DNA of 64,000 bases from Lama glama. Its lineage: Eukaryota. The notes beneath the pieces are model-generated. The model saw only the letters and a program-made list of their open reading frames with translations. It was not told where the DNA came from and made no database searches. A program made the translations under genes and the position numbers. The DNA is taken from positions 102,488,001 to 102,552,000 of the forward strand of contig CM052817.1 in NCBI GenBank assembly GCA_028534125.1, in the 5' to 3' direction. Of the stretch, positions 25,001-36,769 are shown in pieces (position 1 is the first letter of the stretch; the number at the start of each line of letters is the position of its first letter).

Positions 25001-28000
25001 TGTACAGCACCTTGAAATCAAATTTAAAATATTTAGGGTTTTTTTTTTTTGGTCCATTTATAGTGAGCTCTGCTTTAAGCAAAATATTTTAAGAAAAGCT
25101 GATTGCTGGGGTTAATGCCAAAAATTGAACCCTCATTTTTTTTTTTAACTTTAAATATAGACCTTCGTAATATCAGAAAACAACCTCCCTAACCGCACTG
25201 GAAACTCATCACCTAGCCAACAGGATAAGAAATTGTGTATCGCCTTGCTGTATTAGGAACCTGTAATAAGTGGGATCTCAGTGGGTTTGATGGGTAGAAT
25301 GTAGACGTAGGGGCTAGGAGACGTACTATACTAAATATTTGATGTGTGGAAACATCTTGGGTCATTCAATATCACATTTTTTAAAATAAGCCTTTTCTAT
25401 TTCATAATTTTGTATCTGTTTAATAACGGATCAGACTGTCGGTGTGAGTAATCCTACCTTCCCTAAAACTTAGCCTCTGTATTGAATTGGAGCCTTCCAG
25501 TATTGCCACTCTTTCCGCTGGAAGATTCTTCGCTGTCTAAGAGTGGAGTGAGCAAATCAAGAAGATAAAGGAAAGTCCAGGAGAATACTTACTGGGAGGA
25601 GGGAGGTAGCCTTAGTGTGTGTTGATAATTCACCTTGTTAAATAATTTATTAACAAACAATTGTAGGCGAGGCATTTCTTTCCTCATTTCTGTGTTTTTT
25701 TTTAATACTGATGCAAGTGGTAGTTTTTAGTTTAATGACCACCTAAAACTTTTTAAACAGGGGGAAAGATTCTCTGTCACAAACCAGCTTGTGCCACTGA
25801 ATTGATTTCATCTGACTTTTTTGCTGTTGTTTTAGCCATAACTGATGAAATTTAATTAAAGAACAAATCTTTTTTGAATGCCTCTCATTATGTTCATTGT
25901 CCTTTCCTAAGCAATCTGAAGCTAAAGATAAATAAAACATTGTTTTGGCTCTTAAGGAGTCTCAGTCTACTGAAGAAGGCAGACCCACAAACTCTATGCA
26001 TAGCTTCTTTTGAGAGTACAGAAGTGCACCCTCCCACTTCATCTGAGTTGCGAACCTTGAGGTGAGATTATGGGCAGAGAGGGGCACAACATGAGCAAAT
26101 ACCTATTAGAAGAACAGCATGGTGGTGGCCTAATGGCAGACAGTTCTGGATAGTGTTCGCTTTGGTGATTTCAGTCAGATTTTCAGGATTAGAAATTTAA
26201 AAGATGTGGACTTTAGTTAATTGAAATTTCATCAGTCCTGCTTTTTTAAAACTTTGCAAATATATGTATGTTTTTAATACAACTTGCTGACTGTGCTTGC
26301 TTGGCCTCTGAGCAAGTACTTTTTTTCTAGATGAACCCAGTCTGATTTTTGTGAACCATTTTATGTGCGAATATTCATCTTTTTAATATCGTCTGTACTT
26401 TCTTTATTTCAATATTCATTTTGTAGCTAACTTGTGTGTTGCTTCTTATATTTGACTTTGTAATGACATACATACCTCATCAGAATCTTTAATGTTTTTC
26501 TGGTCATTTTGTGCTAAAATATTAAGTATACTTGTATTCTAAGCATGATAGCCATTATATTTGCTATCCCTTTAATATCATTTAAATATTAGGGAACTAA
26601 GTTTTGTTTTCTGTTACCCCTTGTAACTTGGTTGAAAGTTATGAAATAGACATAGCAGAATGAAGATGTACTGTTCTGAGAAGTTTAAATCTGAAAAATA
26701 ATTGGTGCTTTTTTTCTTATGAGCTAGCATTATTTCCAGATTGATGGGCAGAAACGCAAAAATAAAATGTTGCTTTTAAAAAATTGCCAATAAATTGCTT
26801 TGAAACAGAAACTTTCTCTAAATTTTTTTTAATTTAAGGAATAGTTTTGAGACACTTAAACTAAATACAATATAATGATTACATTATAATTAAAGTTTTA
26901 AATTATACATAATTAGAAGAAAAATATTTTTAGAAAGTTACGCTTTTCTAATTTTCTAACTTTCATATTTTTCCAAACATTTTAAAAAACAAAAATAATT
27001 TGCTGAATTTGCTTTAATTCATCTAGTTGAGTAGGACAAGCATGAACAATTTATACATTAATTTGTTTTCATATGACCATCCAGTAGGATGAAAATTCCA
27101 TTAACTCAACTCTGTCTTTGAACCTCTGAGAGGGCACAGTTCATGAAAATGTATTTCCGTTACTTTTCTGAAAGATCATCATCTGGTATTACTCATAATT
27201 CTTAATCTTACTAACATTTGTATTAATGGACTGTAATTATTGTGGATAATATTGTGGGTAATATTACTACTACTACAGTGAGAGAAGCAGCTTAATAGAG
27301 TAATGAGTAATCAAGTAAAAGTAAAAGAACCTGTAGTCTCAGCTGCCCACAAACTATAACCTCAGAATAGCAAATGGATCATTTAGTCTTTGTGGACCTC
27401 AATGCATTCATCTCTAAAATATCAGGGTTTTACTGGGTGAGCTCCAGGGGCACTTTTGTCCCCCAAATTTACGGTTTTGTTTAAAATAAAAAATATCTAT
27501 GAAGCACCAAAATAGTAGTTTTTTTTTTTCACATGTACCAAGATATTTGAATTCAAATAGTTTAAAATCAAAGAGCTGCTTTTGCAGGAATTAATTCTTT
27601 TCTCGATTTAACCTTCCTTCCTTTATACAATTCAAAGCCTTATATCTGCTTCACAGCAGAACAACTGGATAAGAAAAATGAGAGGGTCAGTTACCTATTT
27701 CATTTTCGTCATGACAAATAATTGCTTTTTTATTTCCTTCCCTGAATTTGTCGTTGATTATAATCAAAACCAAGATTTTATTTAAAAAACAAGCTAATTA
27801 CTTAACAGTTTGGAAATTAGTTTTCTCTTTGTAACAGAGAATCTAGGAAAATAATGTATATTAAAACATACCATGTGACCAGTATTTGTTCTATAGGTAA
27901 GTTGTTAATAATTAGTTATCTGATTTCATTTACTTTAGACATTTATTTAGTCATGCTTGACCCTTTATTCTATAATTTCTTGGTATCTTTGGCTAATACA

Positions 28001-28514
28001 TTCCTAAAATACTTGTTCTAGTATACTGGTTTTAATAGTAGCTATTGCTTTTTAATTTATAAATTTAATGTCATTTTTATTTAATATTTTAAAAAATCAT
28101 GTTTATACATTCTTTCCTCTTGTATCAAAGACCACAGTAAATTTGCATATGTGTTGCATTCTTAGATGTCAGAAGCAATTCATAATTTTGCCACATGGTG
28201 TCACCTAAATATATATTTTAATGTGGCTTTAAAAGGAATTTCAATGTTATATTGATTTTCCTCTCCTCTAAGGCTTACTTACTTTGGGCCATTTAGAGTC
28301 AGGGAAGTCTGTATAAGAACTTGTACTTAGTCTTAAGCCTGTCATGCCTTTATTTCTGCTCCCTATTTAATGTTTAGTACACAGTAGTTGCTTATGCTAT
28401 ACAATGAATGGACTAGTGAATGGAGACAGATGTTTTAGAAAAATGGTTTTACTGTGATGGATTCATTCAAGTGATCATCTGCGCTTTTAACCACTTTAAG
28501 ATTGTTCAGTGTCA

Positions 28515-28645
28515 GCTGCTTCCAGATCTTTTGGTTAAGATTAAATATATTATCTACTCTTATTAGTTAATTTCAAATCTGGCATCTATCTAGAGCAATT
28601 CAGCCTCTATCCTAGAGTAATAGATACATCCCCTATCGAAGATAG
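28515..28645 (+). pseudogene. Degenerate 5' fragment of U2 snRNA (retrocopy)
   Basis: GCTTCCAGATCTTTTGGTTAAGATTAAATATATTATCTACTCTTATTAGTT aligns ungapped by hand to recalled U2 nt 4-54 at 39/51 identity. GATACATCCCCTATCGAAGA at about 28623 resembles the next U2 segment. Confidence 0.7.
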
Positions 28646-29578
28646 GTAAGTGCGTTACCTCTAAGAAGAGTACACTTCCCTCTGGAGATTCGAAACAAAA
28701 GAAAACAAAATAAAGAACTCTAATTTCCCCAATAAATTAGAAGCTCTAAATCACCAAAATGTTGACAACAACTTGGATTTTCTTGCTTCTTAAATTTGTA
28801 ATATTTGGTTAAAGGTATATTAGTGACATGTGGACCATTACTTATAGCAAGTGATATTTGAGTTATAAAAATGGCCTCTCTGTGGATTTTTATATATATA
28901 ATAATTCATATTTTAAGAAAATTATTTATTTGGCTTACTGTGTACCTTCCTGCATTGATTTTAGTAAATATAATCTTATATACTACACTGATAATGATTT
29001 CTACTGTAATTGTATTTATAACTTTAGGTTAAAAAGCATATAGGAATGCAATCATTAGAGAACATCAGTCTGTTGTAATTGTGTTGTCTGATAATTTGGT
29101 CTGAAACCCCTCATTTCTTTTGTGTTTAAACAGTATAGCTTGATTCTTATACACAAATTAATCAAGAATAAACAAAATTGAATAAATAAAAATTATAAAC
29201 TAGGATGTACAACTCCAGCTTCTTTTATATAATAGTTAGCTATGTTCACTTAACTTCACTTTGTTTTTGCACATTTTGATTTCCTTTGTTATATTTTCTA
29301 AGGATGCTGTTATTAGAGATACTTGATTTTTTACTCTTTTTTTTTTAATGCTGTTTTGTAGACGGGTTGTTGTAAGACTATGAGCTCATAAAATTAATTT
29401 TTTCTTGTTACCTTTATTTCAGCATACGTGTTCCAGTCTGCTTGTTTACTGGCCAGGTAGAGGGTAAACAGATTAGCAGCATATCTGCCATATGTGTGTA
29501 TGGTTTTTTTTCTTCCACTACTATGTTGATTTTAGGTCCAAAGGTGACCAAATATGTAGTTATAAATTTATGAAAGTG

Positions 29579-29996
29579 CAAGTTTCCTCCACTATCCAAA
29601 GTGGAGCGTTCCTGTGAAACCTTTAGTAAGCCAAAATGGCATAAAGAAAAGAAGCAATTACCTTAGGACACATCTTGCTAACAGATACAATAAAGCAAGG
29701 TAAAGCACAGATGCTCAGAGACACAGTTCAAAGCTGTGATGATTTGATGCTAAGCCATGAGTGTATTTCTTGGGGAAGGAGCTTGGTGGCGCCAGTCTGG
29801 ATGTTTGGGCTGCATAGTGCCTCTGTAATGAAATTACTGCAAAACAAATGTTGAATACTGTTTTTGCTTTTTGCCTCTTTTTGTAGGAGGGAAAATCCTA
29901 TTCGGATTTCTTTTACTTAGTAGAAACAGGTAGTAATATAGGTCCTTTAGAAAAGTGAAGTGGCATAAAGAAAACTGGAAAAGTGGGGAATAGCTG
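29579..29996 (-). mobile_element. Tigger-class non-autonomous DNA transposon
   Basis: Imperfect terminal inverted repeats (caagtttcctccactatccaaagt versus revcomp of right end cagctattccccacttttccagt). Internal sequence resembles a recalled Tigger derivative; subfamily uncertain. Confidence 0.6.
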
Positions 29997-31711
29997 TGTT
30001 GTAATTTGGGGCACAGAATTTGTAAGGTTCTAAGTGAGCCATTATGAGTCTTTGGAAAGCAGGTTTAAGATTGTTATTCTGCACTATAAAGTTATAGTTA
30101 TTTACCAAGAACCAAATAATTCAAGCAGAGAAATGTTTATTAATTTAAATGTCTCATTTGTGTGAATTACGTGTCCCCATATGTTTCCTTGAGAAATCAC
30201 AAATCAAGTTTCTTTGAGTGGTCAAGAATCCTTTGAGGGATTCCTAGATGTGAAGTTTAGATATGTCGAGCATGGATGTAATGATACCAGAGCTCTGGGA
30301 AGTTACTTCTTCTCTCACAAGAACTAGAGGGAAAGGGGAGATACTGAGCAAAAATAGGATTACTTGCCCTATGAAAGCACTCCCTTAGCTTCTGAAGGGG
30401 ATTGATAAATGTGATGAGATAGCTGTGTTTGTTTTCCTTTATTTCTTAATTTTTTCCTGTGATTTGCTGACATAAGGTTTTTAAGTTCTTGTGTTGAAAT
30501 GCATCTGGGCTGTCTGTGATCTCTTCTCTTTTTGCAATCACCTTTTTCTCATTTTTGCATCAGTGTTTTTTTAAACCTCTCTTATTCGGACTTTGAAAAA
30601 TCTCTGCACCTTTGTTTATTTACTTTTATTTATTGTGGTTTATGCTATGGGCAGGGAGCTGCCAACTTAGTAAACCTGACTTGGGGAGGGGGATTAAGAG
30701 GCTTTCTTCACGACACGTCTAAGGCCTTGGTGAGGAGATTGATGTCAGGCGTGCTTTAATTTAAATTGGTAAATAAGGGAATTATTTCATTGCCTTAAGA
30801 TTTTATGTGAAATTTTAGGCAATAATGATTTTTATTTTCAGTTCTTTCAATCTGATGTTCTATTTTGAAAGTTTTCACATGACAAGAAAATTTTCTGTAA
30901 TCAACTCACAAATATTTATATTTAGATAGGAGGTATGAATAAATTGAAACTAATCCAAACACAGTCGTCATATGTATTTATCCTTGAATGTTCTTTAAAT
31001 ATGTACTTCATTAATTCAGGGAACTTACATACATTCTAAAGCCCTATTATAAAACCCAACTTAGGAGAAAGGTGGAAAGATGTTTGACTTCCCCTCAGCT
31101 CAGTTTCTTAATGGGGAGAGATGGCATTGTCTCATATTGATGGAGCAGGCTGACCTAAGTAGAATATTAACCTTCCCTTTATCGTGTCTGTATCGTTTTA
31201 CTGGTGATGGATGGGTTGGTTATCCACTTTCATCCTTCATCCCATGAAAGATACGAGGTGGCCTATTTAAAAATAATTAAAGTACAAAAGAATTTAATGG
31301 AAGGAATTGAAGCAATGGGAAATTATGAGTAGGAAAATAAATCCAAGCAAAACTAAATATATTGTTTAGGGATGAATGAATATATGGTAAAACTATAAAG
31401 AACAGCAAGAGAATGATCAACACTTTAAAATTAGGATCATGATTACTTTAAGGGCTAGAAGGAGAAATTGAAAGGATGCAGGAGAGACTTCTAAGGTATT
31501 GATAATTTTCTATTTCTAAACCTGGGTGGTGAGTGTATGTTTTTATTTTTAAAATTATGTTATACATTCTTCTCTTTGTATATCGTGGTTTTATAATTAA
31601 ATAAATAAGATGGCAAAGAATGAAAGCCGACCAACCAGGAGTAAAAACCTAATTATTTTGTCAAAACCAGAATAAGAGTCATTCTACTCCAGAGATTGTC
31701 AAATTACCACA

Positions 31712-31912
31712 CAGTTGACCCTGGAACAACACAGGTTTGAATTGTGCAGTTCTGCTTATACACAGGTGTTTTTCTTAGTAAATGCTGCAGTACCACAGGA
31801 TCCCAGGTTGGGTGCATCTGTGGATGTGGAGGGCCGACTGTAAGTTATGTGTGGGTTTTCTACTGTGTAGAGGCTCAGCGCTCCGACCTCTGTTTTGTTT
31901 AAGGGTTAACTG
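31712..31912 (+). mobile_element. MER8/Tigger2-derived MITE
   Basis: TIRs cagttgaccctggaacaac ... ttgtttaagggttaactg, with TA at 31913-14. Confidence 0.8.
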
Positions 31913-32369
31913 TAATTCAAGACAAAAATTAGAGTTATGTAGTATCCAGACCAAATAATTTTATTTTGCTCAGACTATATCTGGAATGTTTGGTTTTGGG
32001 AACCAGTATTTAATTAAACCTGGACAACTAGGGAGAACTTGGAAACTGTGCGATAAGGACAATGAACAGCTGAAGTATTTGGGTCTGTTTAGTCTGTAAA
32101 TATTAATATAATATTTACAAGGGGAATATGATTGCTGTCTTCAAATGTTTGAAGAGCTGGCGTATGGAAGGGAGACTTCAATATGAAGCTCCAGGGTTTG
32201 GAATTAAGTCTAATAGAGGAAAGTTTCAGACAGGGAGATTATAATTTGATATAACCCAGAACCATGTGAGCTTTTAAACTACTGAAAGCTTTTTATCCCT
32301 CAGTTATGAAAGGAAAAAAAAAAACCTTAAATTTTTTAGCATGTATTTTAAACCTGTTTTTTAAAATTG

Positions 32370-32550
32370 TGTTCAGGTATAATTGCCTTACAGTATTTTA
32401 CTAGTTTCAAGTACACAACATAGTAATTTGATATTTTTATAGTTTATTCTCCATACTAAATTGTTATAAAATATTGATGTATTCCTTGTGCTGTACATTA
32501 CATTTCTTTTAACTTAGTTATTTTATACCTAGTAGTTTTTGCCTCTTAAA
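32370..32550 (-). mobile_element. L1 3' end fragment
   Basis: ggtataattgccttacagtattttactagtttcaagtacacaacatagtaatttgatattt...gtattccttgtgctgtacatt. Confidence 0.6.
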
Positions 32551-33134
32551 TCTGTTTATATTGTTAAATAAATGTATGGAAGATGGCAAGATTCCTTACT
32601 AGATTATTGTGGATCAGAATTATCTTCCTTAACACCACTTACTATTTTGATGCCTTCTGAAAAATTTGTCCTTTTGCAAGCTTTGATTTAAGAAAGTTTA
32701 TGTTTAGAATCCTTATTCTTCTCATACGAATAGTTGTTTATTATTCACTCCTTTTTTAGGCTTTTCTGTTTTCATTTTCAGTTTATTGGCTGGCAGCTGG
32801 CTGGTTGTTAATCCTTATTAATGTGTGTGTGTTCATGAAACAAATACTTACTGAATACTGTGCTTTGTCTAGAGTCCTGAGGATCACTGTAGTGAGTGAG
32901 ACACAGTTGATGCCTTCATAGAATGTTCATTCCACTGAGGGGGGAAATTGTTCAGTTACAATTCTGATAAACACTCTAAATTATGGGGTGTTAGGAGAAA
33001 GTATAATTGGATGACCTGACCTGACCTGAGATGAAAGGGTCAGGAAAAAGTACATGGCATTTTAGAGAGAATTTCAGTAAAAGGAAATTCAGTACTTTAA
33101 ATTTAGTTCAGCATATAGGCAACATAGAATGAAA

Positions 33135-33295
33135 GAAGATAGCATTCTGAGCTAGATTTCGTGAATTCATATCCCAGCTTCACTACTTATTGGAAGAGTT
33201 GTTTAACCTGTCTGTACTTCAATTTCCTCATCTGTAAAGTGGAAATATTAACAGTACTTACCTCATAGGGTAATTTTATTAAATGGCTTAATTTT
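33135..33295 (+). mobile_element. MIR SINE
   Basis: tttaacctgtctgtacttcaatttcctcatctgtaaagtggaaatattaacagtacttacctcatagggt is the MIR core. Confidence 0.8.
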
Positions 33296-33525
33296 GTATA
33301 TTAAAATACGCCATGTACATATTGAAGAATAATACTTGTTCAGAAAACAAACCCAAGACACCAGAGTTTCCAATCACTTATAATAATGAATATTATTAGT
33401 AATAATAATAGTTAATATTCTTTGAGCACTTACTATATGTTAGGTACTATGCTAAATGCCTTTACATGGTACTACATTACTCTGTCAATTCTTTGAGGTA
33501 GGCATTATTTTAACGTCTACACTTT

Positions 33526-33857
33526 TTTTTTAACTGAAGTATAGTCAGTTATAATGTGTCAGTTTCTGGTGTACAGCATAGTGTCCCAGTCATATATATA
33601 CATATATATATTCGTTTTTATATTCTTTTTTGTTAAAGTTATTACAAGATACTAAATATAGTTCCCTGTGCTATACAGAAGAAATTTGTTTTTTTAATCT
33701 ATTTTTATATATAGTGGTTAAGATTTGCAAATCTCAAACTCCCAAATTTATCCCTTCCCACCCCCTTTCCCCCAGTAACCTTTTGTTTACTATGTGGGTC
33801 TCTTTCTGTTTTGTAGATGAGTTCATTAGTGTCCTCTTTTTTCTTTTTCTTTTTAGA
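33526..33857 (-). mobile_element. Young 5'-truncated L1 3' UTR, nested in an antisense MIR (about 33400-33935)
   Basis: Poly(T), then actgaagtatagtcagttataatgtgtcagtttctggtgtacagcat...ttttagat. TSD TACACTTT at 33518-33525 and 33858-33865; MIR sequence resumes on both sides. Confidence 0.8.
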
Positions 33858-36769
33858 TACACTTTATTTTTTTAAATAAATTCAGTAGCTTGAATAATTT
33901 GCCTAGAATTCTCCAGTTAGCTAAGAGGCTATGTTCTTAACTGCTGTAATATCACATGATTGCAGTAAAAAACTGACCTTTTCTAATGTTAAACATTTGA
34001 TAACAGACTGTGAATTTGTGGGATATTATTTGCAAATTATTCTTCTAAAACTTAATATATAGTGAGATAGACTTTTGTTTCATACTTTACCTCCTTTTCA
34101 GAGACAGTTTTATGTTCCTTAGTCCTACAAGCCCACTTACCAGACCCCTCCCGTGTAGTGTGGATCCAGGACATCTGACTGAATCCTAAGTAAAGTTCTG
34201 AGTTACAGAGATCTTGCAGACATATCTTGTTTACAAGGAAGCTTTGAGATTTTTAAGTTTACTCTTGGGTAAGCATTACCAGCTGGTGGCATATGTGCCA
34301 AGGTGTCAGATACGTGGGTTTTTCTTTTTTTTCCCCTCCATCATGTGCTAGGCAGAATTTCAAACTGGCAGAGTTTGTTTATGTCTGTTTCATGGTCACT
34401 TGTTGCTTGGTACTCTCATTTTGCTTTCTGATTATACTCCAGACATCTCAGTACATAATTCAGTTACATAATTTATCACTCCGATTATGTCTAACTATGC
34501 TTTTTCATTGTTACTTACTTGCTCAGGAACCTACACTGGCTTGCTGTTGTGATGTAGTCAAGTCTTCCGAACTCCACATTCTACTGTTCCCAATGCCCTG
34601 TTGCTTGGCCCCATTTGACCTAACCATAGACAGCACCTCTTGCTTTGATTATCTGAACTTGCCATGCTCGTTGGTTTTCTAAGCTTTTCCTAGTGCTGCT
34701 TACTCTGCTTGGAATATTCTTCTACTTTTATTCTGCTAACCTCTTACATTAAGCTTTTCTTGGACATTGTAACTGAGAATGACTTGTTTTTTATATTACC
34801 CAACAGTTTAGTAATTTTTATATTACTGTTTATTTACTGTTATAAAGTTTTGATCCATCAGGATTATAAAGCCAAGGAACTTTGTACATATAGATATATT
34901 TTTAATTATTATGTCCTGCATTATACAGATCAGTACTGTCTGCTCCTTTAATACTGAGCATGTAGTGCTTTTCCAATAATTGAAAGTGATCTGCATGCTG
35001 GAAGGTTAAAAGGGAAAATTCTAAGGAAAGAAAGTTTGGCTGTACTTTGAACAGAAAGAAGAAAGGACTGAAAAAGAAATACCTGAGATATGGCGTTGGT
35101 AGGTACAGACACAGAACAAGTAAATGATGAATAGTGGTTAACAGGATGATACATATTTATGCTTCATGGACGTAGAAGTGATCAGTAGACAACTTTTTAA
35201 ATGCTAATAAAATGAGTTTTAAAATGTGAAAGCCTCGAAAGTCTGACTGAAAGAAAGACTGAGTCATATGGGTTATGTTATATTGAGTATGTAGATACGT
35301 ATTGTGTGTGTGTGTTTATATATAAGGATGAAACTTGGGTAGTGGAAGAATAGGAGATTATGGTTGTAGTAGTTGCTTTTAAACTGACTGAGAAAACTTT
35401 CATGTTTTTATCTCTATCAACAATACATAATATAGAATATAATGAATCATATTATGTACAATATTATTTTATTGACCATTATGATAGCTTCTTAAGTTCA
35501 TTACATAAGCCACAGTTACATTTAGTGCCATATATAACGTTTGTTAAGACTTCACAAATGGAGAATAATTGGCAATAGCTTATTGTATGTTATTTCTAAA
35601 TTTAGTTTATATCAGCATTACATTTCTTCATTCTTCTACTCGGGTGTAGACTGAGAAGATGCTGTTCTTCCTTTCAGTTTTGTTTCCTAAAGGCAGGAAA
35701 AACCTTGAAATTCAGGATGCTGAAAATTCTGCTGTCTTATTTGGAATATGCTGGAATCCTGTGCATTTAGTTATTTTCTGTTTTCAAAAGAAGAAATAGT
35801 AGTATGACGCATTGAGAATCTGAAAAACAGTTTTTCATCTTCCATACCACTTACTTTAAAATCTATACGGAAATCTTCAAATTAAAACCAGTAAATTCTT
35901 CAAAGATACAGAATATACTTATAACATTTAGTTTTGAATGACTTTTAAAACTTCTTTACACCTTCATAGAACAAGTCACAGGTCTACAATATTGAAAACC
36001 AGACTCCTAATTAGTGGGAGTTATACCTAGTTTAGCTTCTGACTCTTATTCCTACATAGCAGAAGGCTAAACTAGTGCATCGAATGATTTCAGTTTTCAG
36101 AAAACAAGATCCTGTCTTGGATATTTGAAGTTTAATGTGTCCTATTCTTGACTTTATTCTTGAATTTTCAATATACCTTTTCTTTTCCCTGGTCTCCTTT
36201 GGTGCCTTTATTACTGAATAATCCCATTTGAAATAATTTATTGGAATATATTTAACAATCAGTGCTTTTTTAAAGAAATGAAACTAATAAATGGTAAATT
36301 AAACTGGATTAAAAGCGCTGGTTAGTAACCTTGTGTTTGTCGTTAAATTGAGATTCTGCTGATAGGTTTTACTTTTGTTTTGAGGATCATCACCATCTCT
36401 TCCATATATTAACAGAAATGTAGTTGTTGTGGATCAGTCATTTAAATTCCAGAATTTTTTTCCTGTTGAATTTGATTTCATTCTAATTAAAAATTAACAA
36501 AAAACTAATTCTAAAACTCCAGGTCCAGATGGTAGTATGTGAAGGCATTTAGGAGGGAAGACTTGCTCCATATTTAATAGTAATTCCGATTAGCATTTCT
36601 ACTGAAAATCACCACTATAGTTTTTTTTCAGTTACCCAGAATCATTTTTCTTTTTATGTTATTCTATCTTGGCAATAACTTTATTATTTTAAGTGGGTTT
36701 ATTTTTTATAATTATAAATGATAAATTGCTCATTTATGTGTATCACTACGATAGCTGTTCAGATTCCTC

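Noticed and set aside
28189..28206. CTCF-like GCCACATGGTGTCAC
   Set aside because: About three mismatches to the core consensus; cannot be supported without a PWM scan.
29335..29376. T-rich acceptor-like site giving DGLL*
   Set aside because: No supporting donor or other evidence; common chance pattern in T-rich introns.
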